NCBI GenBank assembly: GCA_051294375.1
Contig: JBJCIZ010000038.1
Span: forward strand, 1-60,505
Direction of reading: 5' to 3'
Length of the DNA: 60,505 bases
Source of the DNA: Paraspadella gotoi
Taxonomy: Eukaryota; Animalia; Chaetognatha
This document shows positions 35,727-49,790 of this stretch, in pieces. The notes under the pieces are model-generated. The model was given only the letters and a program-made list of their open reading frames with translations, ran no database searches and was not told where the DNA came from. The stretch's first letter is position 1; the number at the start of each line of letters is the position of its first letter. Both the position numbers and the translations under genes were made by a program.

Positions 35727-38700
35727 TCATTGATTAAATAAGTTCCAATAGCCAATTTTAACCCTTTTAATTAAGTTTCCCCACTCTATAGTCCCATCAT
35801 CATTTAATGTACCCAGTACATTACCCAATAAGATTCTTTTTTTAAAACTTCCCAATCTGCCACTTAATTTGGCCACCCAATAATCTTGTTCTAAATCCTT
35901 TTTCAAATGAATAACAAATATTTTCCACAGTCTTTCAACCGCCGACTCAACATTCCTAATCCTCTGTGCTCTCATCTTGAATATAACAGATCTTAAAATA
36001 AATACTAATTTATTTCTTAACCTTACTTTAACCTCTTGTCCCATTAAGCCTAAGCTCATCTCTCGGTTATCTACTTGCTTATCATCAAATTTTAACACTG
36101 TCACACTCAATTTCTCCCATAGTCTTACAACCACTTTGCAGTGAGTCAAAATATGCCATCGTTCACGTGCTACAACACCACAAAGATCACAAAAGCCATC
36201 ACCTATTCCTACATAGGCATAATCCATATATGCTGTCCAGAAATTTAAATTTACCTGGCGCCAAATAGAAGATCTAACATAGTAAGAAGTATCAGAGTAC
36301 ATAATTGCTCCCAAGATGGCCCTCCACTCATTAGTTAAACTAATTTCAATTACTCTTTCCCATTTCTCTTCATAATGCCTTACCACTTTTAAATTAACTC
36401 TCAATTGAGAATAAGTTTCCGCAAATGACATTTCACTCCACCTTCTATTGGCTCCTTGTACCTCTAAAATAAAGTCAGGAGGATGATCAGTTGGGACAAT
36501 ATTTTCAACTTGTTCCCTTACTCTACATTGGATATCAAAAATCCTTTTCCTCTGAGAGCGTGGAGTTTCATTCATTGGCATATTCAAGAATTGACCAACA
36601 GTCTTAATTCCTCGTTCTACTATATTACTAAACGACTTTAAAACTATTCCATTTGAATCAGGCACATTTGTAATTATATAATAAATGGTAACCATCAACA
36701 GGCAAACTACCCGGTTCAAATTTGAAAGGCAAGCATGACCAAGCCCTTACAGCCTCAGCATAAAACCCGACTAATACCAAAGGTAATCCCGCTACATTTG
36801 CCCTAAGGCTATCCAATCCATAAAAGCCACATGCTTGTCCTCCAATAAGCTCATCCACTAAAACTCTAGAAAAAGATTCCTTCGGCATGCTTAACAACCT
36901 TTTAATCCACATTATTCTCTGTGCTTTAACCTTATCTCTAATATCCATTAATTGCGCTCCACCATTATAATAAGAATCCCTCAGCCTATCCTTAGCAATC
37001 TCTTTTCTACCATAAAACATCCAATTTTGTACCTCAGTTTCTAAGGCATCAAATACTCCCCAGGAGGCGTCAACAATTCTGTTCTATACCATAAAGCAGA
37101 ATAAAGAAATATATTAGTAACCTTTGCCCTTCCTAAGGTTGCAATGGCCGAGTTTTCCAGAGGGTCAACTTTGACTTAATACCTTTAAAAACATCAGCAA
37201 AATTTGCTTTTATCAAATCACCTCGACCTACCCACATTCCTAAGACCTTTGCAATGTTCTTCCAGGTCAGACCACAGAAATCCTTAGGTTTATCTTTCCA
37301 AGGCCCTAACCACAACCCTACTGACTTACTTCTGTTAACCCTTGACCCTGCTGCTCTTTCATAACGTACTGCCTTTTCCATAAACCTCTCTACCGATGCT
37401 TCTGACCCCAGGAAACCCTGGGTGTCATCGACATAGACCCCTACTTTTCTTTCAGCCCCTTTAATTTAATACCTCTATCATTTTATCCTTTCTAATGGAG
37501 TTTGCAAATACCTCTGCAACTAAAATATATAGCGTCATTGAAGGAGAATCACCCTGTCTCAATCCCCTGTCAATCAAAATCTCATCAGACCAATGCCCAT
37601 TAACTAATATTCTACTAGTTACCTTATTATAGAATGTCCTTACCCAACTAATTATATTTCTACCAAAACCAAATTTTTTTAAATCTTTAAAACCATACTG
37701 TGGTCAACCCTGTCAAAACATTCTTCAAGATCTAAAAAGACTAAAGCGCCTCCTACCTCATGAATTCTACAATAATCAATTACATCCTGTATTACATGCA
37801 AAACATCTGATATTTTTCTCCCTGGTAACCTGCTGATCCTCATGCACCAATCCAGGTAAAACTTCTACTAATCGTGCATTAATACAACCACTTATCATTT
37901 TATAATCTACATTTAATAAACTGACAGGTCTATAATTTTTGACATCCTCTCTATCACCCTTCTTATATATAAGACGAACAGCTCCCTCTGACATTGACCT
38001 CGTCACCCTTCCAATCTCAAAAACCCATTCAATCACTCCATAAAGTCATTTGCCACCAAACCCCAAAAGCATTTCCAGAATTCTGCAGGGAAACCATCAG
38101 CCCCAGGCGACTTACCAGAGGCCATTCCCCTTAGAACCAGTTCTACTCTTCTTCTTCTCAATCATTCTATCACACCTATCTTTTTGCTGGTCGTCAGTCT
38201 CCTATCAACACTACTTAAAAATTCATCTTGAATATTTCATCAATATCCCCTTTACTAAACATTCCAACATATGCTCATGAGCAACATAAAGGACACCCTT
38301 TGACCCTTTCATAACCTGACTTGTTTATCTTTCAATGCATAAATTAAACTATCATTAAATCTCATTTTTTCAACCCTACTAAAATATGCCAAACTTGGTT
38401 CCCTGGTCTCAAAATGAGGTGCTCTAGACCTTATCCTTGCCCCTCTGCCTTCCTCTCTTCTTCCTCTACTAACCTTTCTTTGACATAAGCAAATGATCTT
38501 CATTAAAAATAGATCCCTTACCATTTCGAATTTCACTTTCTATCCTTTCTTTCTCTTTTTCCAAACCTCTAATAATCCTACTTTCTCTCAATCTCTTTCT
38601 CCTTGCATAATCTATAGTAACACTGCGCAAAACAGATTTGCCACAGTCCCACCATTCCCCTATATTCTCAAACTCACCCTTACCTTGTCTGAAATCTTCC

Positions 38701-39558
38701 CATGTCCTCTAACAAGTTGAATATATTCAATATCAAGTAACAAAAGAACATTAAATTTCCAATATCCACAACCTATTTTTATATTTTCTTTAATTCGACC
38801 TTTAACATTTTATGTCCATAATTTACCCAGGGACAAGCCTGAGAGTGATTTTACCCACTTCCCCTGCTATCGTCATATCGGCATAAACTCTATCAATCCT
38901 ACTTTCATTATCCCCAGCCCATTTAAAAGTAAATCCATTATCATCACCATTTAATAATCTAAACACATCTTGCAGTCCAACTTCCTCTTTCACATTCTCA
39001 AAAACCGGAATAAGAACCTGATCATATCTCGTTAAAGACTGGCTACTCCTATCCCTTCCTTCCTCCACAAAATTGAAATCACCATCACAACATTAGAACA
39101 GGAATCATCAATCACCTCACTCAATTTTTCTATCCACATTCTACCATCTACACCACCAGTTGTACCATAAATTAAAACTAATTTACAATCCTAGCAAAGA
39201 CTTTATTCTTTAACTTAACTGACATATATTCTACCAATCAAGCTCTCCACAGTACCAATCACTCCCAATCATTTGAAATAACACACAGAATCCCAGCATA
39301 CTCATCACCCACAGTAGCAGGAGTATGCACAACTTATAGTTTAACTCCATGTCTTTTACAGCCTGACACAGATCCACATCTTGCTTACAATGTGTTTCCT
39401 GAATAACCATCATAGCTAATCCCCTATCTGCATTCAACACACTCAGTAACCAATCACCCTTTTTCTGCCCTGTATCACCTTTTAACCCCCCATTTCCAAG
39501 TTACAACCCTGTAAACAACATTATCCCCAAGATCAGCTACATTCCTTGCCACCGCCAT
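35727..39558 (-). pseudogene. LINE ORF2: AP endonuclease, reverse transcriptase, C-terminal CCHC (frameshifted)
   Basis: MVIQETH, GDFN, FTF...SRIDRVY, GYWKFN, KSPGADGFPAEFW, LIYKKGDRE..KNYRPVSLLNVDYK, GLRQG, YVDD, AGSRVNRSKS, CDLCG...HILTHC. Confidence 0.92.
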
Positions 39559-39925
39559 CAAAACAATTTTTATTTTTAATCTCTTAATTTTAAATTTTAC
39601 TTCTTAATTTTTGATCCTAGAACAGTTTATCGAAAAAATCCAAAAAAATGCATGAATTTTGAATTTTAAAAAGCCTAAAAATATTTTTCTAAATCCAAAA
39701 AATGAATGAAATTTTGAATTTCAAAAAAGCCTAAAAAATATTTTTTAAGTCAAATTGTAGTCCTCTAGGATTTCTTTTCTAATGATATATTTAAATTCAA
39801 TGAAAAATAAAAGAATAAAAGAATAAAAAGCCTACCACTAATGATCTAATTAAATTCAATGAAAATAAAAGAACAAAAAGCCAGACCACTAATGTTTCGT
39901 TTAGTTTCCCACTATTAAGAAAGAG

Positions 39926-41523
39926 TCACCTTTTTTCACTCAATGACGATTCTTGCCTCTTCCAGCTGAAGGTGAGCTCGACCTGTCCCTCGAAACTCCC
40001 GCTATACACAAGTCGTGCATGCTGAGACAAACGAGGGTCTCGCAGGAGTTGTTGTTGTTGTTTGTCGTGGTTGTAGTTGCTCTCCTCTCCTCTCCTCTCC
40101 AGTAGCCGGTCCGGAAAGTCTTGGCCGTTTGATCTCGACACCAAGTCCAACCGTATTCACTCTTGGAGTACCCATGTCAACATCAACGTCAACAAAGGAA
40201 GAATCATCCTCCTCCTCCTCTTCCTCTCCAGCTGGCGACTCACCAGGGGACACGACAACATCCAGAGGTGGACACCTTCCTCGCTCATGCATCCGTGTAC
40301 ATCTATAACACCCCACTTTGTAGTGGTTATTTGAATATGCGAGAGTAGGGCGTCGGTGCCGGCTCCACACCTTCAAAAATCTTGATCCCCGTCTCTTCCT
40401 CCACCACGCGACTAACCTCTCCCAACACCTTCATTGTCCCTCCTTCTGAGAAGTGGACTCCATCATCCACTAAATCTCGAGAAGGGTCCCACTCCAGCCT
40501 CTCCAACGAAATCCATCCACTACCACTCTCTCGCCACCTTCCTCATCGCCGACTCACATCAACCAGTGTGACGCACCATCTGTCCCTTCTTCTGCAGCAC
40601 CAACAGTAGGATCAACCAGGTAGACCTTTTTCCCAGCCCCCACATATGGCGCCAACACTTTAGTGAGCTCCACACACTGGTGACGTACGTGTTCCTTGGA
40701 CTCTTCCATCGCGCCATAGTCCACATTAGCTCCAGCTTGGACAACAATTACCTCTGCCTGAGGTAGTATTGTTTCATCATTATTGATATGATTGGCAATG
40801 TGGCCTCCGTGCCCCAGGAATGGCGTCAAAACGGGTGGCATCCGTGTCCGACGCTAAGCGCATGAGAGATGAAGAGAAGCAGAAGAACTTCTGCTGCCCA
40901 GCCCTCTCCCTCTCCTCTTTCTCCTTGTCCATAAAGGGCAAATGCCATCACGGTGGAAGTCATTGCATCCCCGGGTGCATTGGTGGGGCTGTCCGTCGTA
41001 TTCCAGACGGTAACGATAGACATCATCACCGTCTCTCCACTCACATTCACGCCCCATGTGAATAGCACCACGTTCAACAAGTGCTGACCGCATACCATTG
41101 TAGATCATTGTCCCTCTGTGTACCCCTTCTCTGTCGGCCGAATAATTTCGCATCCAGCATCTTCAAGAAGCTTATCAAAAAAGGAATTTGCCAGCTGAGA
41201 CATGGCCCCTTTACAAGAGCCAAAAAAACGAATCCAAGTCCCCGGCCTCTTAGACCTTCTCTGACGAAGTGGGCACGTCTAGTGATTCCACGAAACGAGA
41301 TTTCTAATGAAAAAGTCTTCAAGAAGTCGGCCGTATTCTGGTCACCCGTCAATATGTTGAAGGTGCCACGGTTGAAGTCGCGCATTAGTTGAATGTCACG
41401 CCGCCCACGAATTTGCTGATCAACCCAGCGGGCGACATCCCTCAACTCCACTTTCCACTGTGAAGGAATCCCCGAAGCCCCCGATAAGTCCAACTCAAAC
41501 TCAAAGTGTTTGGACTTGTCCAT
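39926..41523 (-). pseudogene. LINE ORF1 with CCHC-like knuckles flanking an SGNH esterase-like domain (frameshifted)
   Basis: CTRGCNDFHRDGICP; then FSSSLMR, IPGA..HIAN, IVVQAGAN and DDGVHFS (SGNH blocks I, II, III, V); then CYRCTRMHERGRCP and an acidic tail. Confidence 0.75.
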
Positions 41524-42789
41524 GTTTATGACGAATTTTATTTGTTAGATTTTAATTTAGATTTTATTTCTGTTTTCTTCTCTTTGATTTTTATTTCAGT
41601 TTTTAGCCAATTTGTTTTTATAGAGATTTTTGTTTGTTTTATTTCCAAATTTATTTCGTTTTAATTTGTTTTTATAGAGATTCGTTTTTATTTCCAAATT
41701 TTTTAGTTTTAATTCGTTTTTATTTACAAATTTATTTATTTTTATTTCAAGTTTTATATTTTACTTTTTCAAATTCGTTTTTATTTATCTGTTTAAATTT
41801 TTTTCTCAGCCAGGCCCGGCCAGCCAGCCAGCCAGCCAGCCGGCAGTAGAGAACAGCTGACCAGAGCAAAAACAAAAGGAGAGGAGAAACAAACGGCAGG
41901 AGTAAAAAATCCGAGAAGAAAGTCAATTTAATATAATGTTATTATTATTAAAAGTTTGACAAGCAGGACGTTCAATAATTCGAAGAATTTGCGAGAATTT
42001 TTGTGAATTTTTTGTGAATTTAATAAATTAAATAATTAATAAATAAAAGAAGGCAAAAATGTTACAATGGTTTACAATTGAAATTTTTCCAATTTTTTCC
42101 AATCGCAGCTTGTAAAAGATTTTATTTTTATTTGTATTAATTAAGATATAGCTTCTCATTAAAAAGTTATTTTGAGTTCCATTTTTATTAGATTTAAAAA
42201 AAATTTTTTGAATTTCATCTTCAATATTATATACTGCAATATGTAAATTAGATTAAAGCATTTCTATATACTAATTTGGATATTATAAGAGTACTTATCT
42301 CATTTGCATATTGCAGTAAATCATAATGAAGTGGAAATTCAAACAAAAAATACTTAATCCAAATGTAATAAAATATCAAAGCTATTTCAAGATGAGAAGC
42401 CATATCTAAATTTTTAACTTACTATGATGCACACTTTTGTAAAACTTTATCATAATTCATAATAATTTTTATTTAAAAAAAACGGTAAGTCACAGCCAAA
42501 CCTATAAAAGCGTAGTAGTTTTTTATATAAAAACAGCGTGACGGACCGACGACGACGACGACGACGACTACGTCACAAAGAAGCTACCCGAATAATATCA
42601 AGCCTGAACCGGCTTGCCGGTCATGGTCTGATAAAAAGATGCATAAGAATGAATAGTCTCATAATCCAATAGGAAAAATCCTGTGACTAATTAAGAGCTT
42701 TCAGCATAACGGCAATCAAACTCATCAATCATTCTTCTCTCTCTCCTCTTTTTGTTTGTGTCTTTTTATTAATCTCTCTCCTTTTTGGA

Positions 42790-42999
42790 GGGGTTTGGAG
42801 GATTTGCCATGCCGCCAAGGCGGCTTACGGCCGTCCTCACGCTTCCCGGCAGGGTAATGGTACCCGGGTTGGGATTGAAGCCCGGTACCGTAGTGGTCAT
42901 ATGGCTGATGGCTTTACTCAATAAGCCAGCCCGGGTCACAACTGAAAGTGGTCATGATTCTAATGCGGGGTGAACCTAGGCATGACCGACTGTAACAAC
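42790..42999 (-). mobile_element. tRNA-containing short repeat, family 2 (truncated); homologous to 53991-54263
   Basis: Revcomp GACCCGGG-CTGGCTTATTGAGTAAAGCCA...GGGCTTCAATCCC-AACCCGGGT gives A/B-box-like motifs and an acceptor-like stem. Confidence 0.5.
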
Positions 43000-43028
43000 A
43001 CCTTTTTAATGGTTTCATCTTATTAACA

Positions 43029-46000
43029 ATTATTAGTCGGATCTGCTTTCAGCAAGATCCCGACTCTATAACTTCACTTTTGTCGGTCCGCCCTCTAATT
43101 ATTGTCGGGCATCCACTTATATCATGTCAGAACATTCGAATGTATGATAATTATGCGTAAAAAAAATGATGTGCCGTTCCGTCGCGCGGTCCGTCCGTTC
43201 CGTCCCGCCTTTTAGCAGAAAACCCCAATTTACTCGTGATTGGATGGATGGATTGGTATGAATTTTTTGTGTTGTGGTAGGAAACTGGTGTGATTGAGAT
43301 GGATATGAAGTTTCGAGGAATCGTTGCGAGTGGAATTGGTTTAAATGAAAAACGAAAAAATATATTTCACTATTTGAACGCCAATTGCTCATGAGTGGAT
43401 AGGACAATTGACTTGAAATTTTGTATGCTGGTAGGAAAGTGCGTGATTGAGCTGGATTAGGAGTCTACGTCGTTCTTAGAAATCGAGGAAGACTTTTCAA
43501 TGGAGATTTTCGTTAAAATCTGACTACCAAATAATGTCAACGCTCCTGGGAAAAATTCAGGTAAAAAATAGATGTAAAAACACTCGATTCCGATCCTGTT
43601 ACGTCTGAAGGGCTCGCATTTTTTTTCTCTTGACAAATAACCATCATTTTGACATCAAACCATCAGATTCAAATGGACTGGTCAGCTCAGGAAAATATTT
43701 TAGACGCGATTTTTATATATAAAATAAAGGGATTTCTCAACTTCAATACAATGTCAACGCATTTAAGGTATGTTGTCATTTTACAATAAACTTCGAATTC
43801 AGGAATCCGATAGCCATATGTCTGAAGGGCTCGCAAAATTTTTCTTTTTCTTGTATTTAGCCATTTACATATCAAACGGTCAGGTTAAAGTGAAATGGTC
43901 CAGTTATTATCGCGAAATTTTTATTTAACATAAAAATAAAGGAGAGAAGAATGAAATTTTTATTTAATATGAAACTAAAGGAAAATCTTTTTCGTCAGGT
44001 TACTAGTAAAACTGATGTTCTTTTTTTTCCTGTTTATCTTGAATCAGCTGTCGAGTGCAGCAGCGGATCAGGACTTAAAGTGACAGCAGCAGTGGCAGAG
44101 TGGGCAGAGTTGCAGAGCAGATAATCGCGCCTTGGAATGGATCGGATCGGTTCATCCGGGCCGAGTCCAACTGGCTGTCAAGAATGTTTCGGTCTCCTTG
44201 AAGTATCACGATGTGGTCATGGCCTTGAAAGAAGAAGTGGCACGGAAGATCCGGGATTTCTCGAAGACCCGCCAAATTTGTCCCGGACCGCGCACTGCCG
44301 CCTGATGCCAACGCAATGCTTCAAGCCCTGCAACGCGAGATAGATGCCCTGCCACCGGTCAACGTGACACACCACGCTTATCAATTTAAGGTGGAACAAG
44401 GTAAAAACTAAGAGTTCTGTAATATATCCCTGTGGGATAACGAAATTAAAAAAAAATTGTATAGTTAATAACATAGCATTTAAAGTTTATCGTATTACTA
44501 TAAATCATAAAAAAAATTTTTACAAATTCACCGGTTCTTAGTATTTTTTAGCTTTTTTCAGTTAATTTTTTAATATAATAATCTTCAATCAAGTTAATTA
44601 CTTAAGATAAATATTTTAATTTATCCTATTTAACTGTTGAAAGGCTAAAAATGAAAATATTTGATAACTTTAAATGGTTTAAGTTAATCAATTAATTTAA
44701 TAATTTTAATAATTTTTTAAAAAACTTTGACGCTGAAGAAGGCTCAAATTGAAAGGCCAAATATGTTCGTCTAATAATAAAATTGTTGAAAATAAATTAT
44801 TTGTCTCCTTAAATAATTTTTTTTTAAAACTGAAAACCCTAAAAACTTTTTATAACCAAAGCAATTAATTTTTATTTTAATCATATAATATAATTGTTAT
44901 AAGATAAAATTATTTAAATAATATTGTGGCCAACGCGGCGTCGCCGATAGGGGGAGAACGGCTCGACGTCCGACGGCAGAGAATTACGATTCGCGACCGA
45001 GAGTCCCGACGACGATTATGAAGACAAAGAAGAAGAAGAAAGGGAAATATCTGGCTTATTTTTAATGTTTGAAACTTAGCAAAAGTCAGAGGCAGTTGCC
45101 TCGTTAAGCCGCGACGTCGAACATTTTCACGTTGCTTTTAAGGTGTTGTTTTTAAAGTGTTTTTAACGTTTTTTAACTTGGAACTGTTTTTATATTGTCG
45201 TATGGTGGACTAAAATCCACCAACCGTTCATCAGCGGTCATTGGTACCGGAGGCAAGTCATTCGCCTCCCAACCCAAAGGTCCGGGGTTCTAGCCCGGTG
45301 GCCGCCTACCAGTTAATAGGGACGGGGCGCTTAACCCGCCTGTAACTCGGTGTTACAGCCTGATCCGAAGCTCAGGGATTGCTTATATTGAACGGTTCTG
45401 TCATTAATATATAACAATTATCACTGTCTCTTCAGTCGCCTATTATTTCAATATCAATAAACATTTTTAAAACATCGTTGAATTCTTGGTCGTCGTCTCA
45501 TAAAGTCAGCCAAAATAGATAATTGTGAAATTAAACCGAGGCAGCTCAAACAAATATTTAAATATTTTTTTTACTGAAAAATAATTATTAATAATAATAA
45601 TATTAATAATTAATTTTTTACTTAAAAATAATTGTATTTAAAAAAAATTATTGATATCTGCATATACATTTTGTGCTGATAAGAATAATAGTTTGCTTTA
45701 ACTCCATATAACTTTTTACAAATGAAAACAGTTATACATCTCCTTATTTCATATATATTTGATTAAAACTATCTGATTAACCATCTTTCCTATTATTTGA
45801 ATTTTTTTATATTTTTCCCAAAAAAATATAATTTTTTAATAATCTTTAATCATTATTTAATACAAGTTTTTTATATTTATATAGTTTAAAAGAGTTTTAA
45901 ATACTTGGATTTAGCTATATTTTATAAAAATTAATAATACTAACCACTTTTAAATTTAAATTTGCTATTTTTACGATTTTTTTTGTATCTTATCCCATTA

Positions 46001-49000
46001 TAAAATTGATAGAACGGGAAAATTGGCCAAGCGAATTTTTGATTTTTTGATCCTTGGGAATAGTTTTACATGTGTTTCAAAATATTAGGAGGGCACAAGA
46101 TGTCCTTTATTATTTCTTGTATTTAAACTCCGCGCTATTGGAGAGGCCGTAAAAGCTCAGAATGCAGTGTATGTCGAGAATTAGACTTCTCTACATTTGG
46201 TTTATATTTCATATAAATTTTATTGATATCCTTCAAACGGTTCAGGAAATGGGCGTTTATTTGTAAAGATAGAAAAATTTTTATAGTTTGCTTCCAAACC
46301 CTGTAACTGATCAATTTTGGCCCGCCTTACTGATCATCCCCAAAATATCCCAGATGCCCTCCAAAGTCACCATCCGCCGCGACACCCATTTGGCTTAAAT
46401 CTACAACGGCGCATTCAAGATCGTCTCTCGTGGCGCCATATTCTTCTGCCTCGAATTTGCGGGCCGCCTCGATGACGTCTCGGTTGACCGCCTCAAACCT
46501 TTCATCGCCAATGCGGTTGGAACCCCAACCATCCACGCGGCACCTCCAAGACATGGCTAGCCGCCCACTCGCCAACTCCCGGCCTCAGACAACGACGCAT
46601 GAAGATGATGAAGCCACGCAGCCTGCTATTGGGGATCCCGAGATCCCAACAACGTCGGGCGGTTCGTTGTCCTCTGCTGCGCTACTTGGATCAATTCTCC
46701 ATCTCCTATCGGGACATCGTCTTCGGGGGTGGGGTGAAGACGCACTGTTTCAGATCAGCGACACGGACAAAAGATTCCATTTCAATGCTCATTGGCCGAT
46801 CCGACTCAAAAATTTTTCATTCGTCGCTCGTGATTATCAACTGATAATAAACTATGTTTTAAAGGAAAAAAAGTGCCCCATTAGTACTATAATATTGTTA
46901 TGTTCAAAATATTTTAAATCTTATGATTGCTGTTAATATTATGGAACTTGTCCCATTACAAAAAAAAACTTGTTTGTTATCATATTTTTTTATTCTCTAT
47001 GACAAAAAAAGTGACAAGTTATAATATTTTTTATCGAGCCTACCGGCGAAGCCGGTTCAGGCTTGATATTGATTCAGGTCATCTTGTTTGTGACGTCGTT
47101 GTTGTTGGCGTCACTCTGTTTTTATATAAAAACTACTAAGCTTTTATAGGTTTGGCTGGGACTTACCCTTTTTTTTTAAATAAAAATTCTTATGAATTAT
47201 GATAGTTTTACAAAAGTGTGCGATCATAGTAAGTTAAAAAAATTAGATATGGCTTCTCATCTTAAAATAGCTTTGATATTTTCTTATTACATTTAGATTT
47301 AAGTATTTTTTGTTTGAATTTCCACTTCATTATGATTTACTGCAATATGTAAATGAGATTATAGTAGTCATTATAATATCCAAATTAGTATATAGAAATG
47401 CTTTAATCTAATTTACATATTGCAGTATATAATATTGAAGATGGAATTCAAAAATTTTTTTTTAAATCTATAATAAAAATGGGAAATCAAAGGACCTTTT
47501 TAATGAGAAGCTATATCTTAATTTTAATACAAATAAAAATAAAATCTTTTACAAGCTATGATTGGAAAAATTGTAAAAATTTTCAATTGTAAACAATTGT
47601 AACATTTTTTTCCTTTTTTTTTATTTCTTTAATTTATATATGTATTTTTCTTCCTATTTTTGTCAGTTGCTGCCTCCTCTGAACCCTTTAAAAACGAGTT
47701 CAGGCTCTGCAGCTTTCTCTCTTTCTCTGTCTGTCTCTTTCTTTCTCTTTCTGTCTCTGTCTCTCTCCCTCTCTCTGTACGATCTCTTGCGTGATCCTTT
47801 TTTGAAAAATTTTGATTATTTTTTTCCTTTTAAAAACTTTTATTATCGCCATTTATTCTGCGCTTTTTTCTCAATGCAAAATCCCAAATTTACATCCGAG
47901 ATTTTCGTGGATTTATTCTCTTTCTTTCTCTCTCTCTTTCACTCATGCATGCATTTGTTTGTTTTATTTATGATGAATGATTCAATCAATGAATGACTAT
48001 CATTGGATTATAATTTTTTTTTCCTTGTCATTTAATATAACCATTTGCAATTCACCATCTTTTGTTATTAATAGGGCTATTTTATTCCCAGTTAATGAAC
48101 ATAATTAGTGAATTATCAAGTAATTTAAAAATCATTGATGGTTGATGATAAAATTTAATTATATGACGATGAAGGTTTCGTCACCACGGGGTTGACCCAA
48201 GTTGGTCTCTTTGTTGTATTTTCTCGATGGAAGTCGCCTACTGACTCTCTTTATCTCTTTACTTGATCTTTGGTTCGCTCTCTCTCGTCAGTCTCTTCTC
48301 ACAACCTTTACCATTAACGTCTCTCTCTGTTTTGTGTTATATTTGTTAATACATGTTATTATGTACCACTACAATTAAAATGACATATATTCAAAAACAT
48401 TAGCAAAGTTTAACATAAAATTTATTTGGCACAAGGTCGCTTAATAGGTTGCCGTTTGTCAAACCAAGTCTCAGAAGCCATTGGCGGCAGGTAATCTGGC
48501 CGGAGAAGGGAAACGTCTTCAGGAGTTAGCGGCGCCTCTGCAGTGCTTTCGCGAGCGCCGGTTGCTCCCGAGTTCTCAGGCGCCGGATCGACCGCGTGGC
48601 GGGTGGTGGATGAGCGAGAGGCGGTGGAAGGACGGCGCTTAGCGCGAGAGGTCTTGGATCTCGGATGCTGTTGATGATAGAACTAAGTGACGCCTGCTGG
48701 CCTCTGTTTGGTGGTCCCAAGGGAAGCTGAGTTCTGATTCTCTCTCTTTCTCTCTTTCTGAATCAATGTATGAAATAAATAATTGATTAGTTAATCATCT
48801 GATTCGATTCTTTGATCGTCGCTTCATCGTCGCTCTCACCATCGCAACTGCTTCTTCCGTCGTTAAAATTATCATCGTTTGTTGATCCCGATCCTGACTG
48901 AGGCTTAATATTTCTTTATACAGTAAACTCCCATACAAAAACGCCGAGGGGATTCGCCTCCTTTTTCTTCTTCATCCCCTTTCTTCGTCCTTTTCCTCAC

Positions 49001-49790
49001 GGGGCTCGTTGATTTTCGAGATATTCTTTCCTTATTATTCCCATTCTTGCATTTTACTTATAACTGGATGTCGCTATCTCAATATACGCTTTACCTTTTA
49101 TTTTTCGTTCTATTATTTCTCAAGGATACTTATTATTATTATCATCACAGATGAATGAAACCCGGAAACAGAGGAAAGGATTAAGGAAGAGGATTCCGGA
49201 AGAGGAAGAAGATTCTGGAATGATTTTGAACGGGATTTTGGAAGCCAAATTTTTATTATTATTAATATTACATTTGCGCGAATAAATAAAATTAATAAAA
49301 TATTTCCTTTCTTTCTCTCTTTCTGGCGAAAATATTTTTTTATTAATCGCGCGCTCGATTCTCCGCTCGATTAAATAAAAAGAACGGCGATCGATCGTTT
49401 TAATAAAAAGAACTAGCGATCCGAATTCTAAGAGTTTCTAAGCGGTAGTCAGTAGATCTCCCAGGAATATCAAACTTTTTTTAAAGTTCTTGATTCTCGC
49501 CAGGGATGCTGGAGGCGCTAAATTACGCCCGCCTCCACTCCCCGCCTCCCGAGACCCCCCTCGCCTCCGGTTTTGCGTTCGCCTCTCATTTTTTAGCCCG
49601 GATCGCCTCGCGTTTCGCCTCTTTAACGCCTCCGGCTTTTTGTTATAAAATTATTTATAGTTTTGTATTTGATATTATTTTTTTTAATTCAGATCAATGG
49701 ATCATGAAAAACTTTCATTTGTTATGTTTAAAATGATGAATAAATAAATAAGTTTTTTTATTTTTAAATGTAATGTTTTAACTTTTTTTA
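43029..49790 (+). repeat. Right arm of the ~6.7-kb inverted duplication, beginning at a HINE-A 5' terminus
   Basis: Starts ATTATTAGTCGGATCTGC. Reverse complement of 26555-33294, differing mostly by small indels. Confidence 0.95.

Larger units (their letters stand above)
35655..41900 (-). mobile_element. Near full-length L1/Tx1-clade non-LTR retrotransposon (copy C), lacking most of its 3' UTR
   Basis: 5' UTR ~41524-41900, ORF1, inter-ORF spacer with short tandem repeats (~39560-39920), and ORF2 with APE-RT-CCHC. Confidence 0.9.

Noticed and set aside
26555-49790. Arms as TIRs of one giant DNA transposon or Polinton enclosing the LINE
   Set aside because: The outer ends fall in a gap and inside a hAT element; the defined boundaries are the inner ones. 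No transposase or pPolB lies between the arms.
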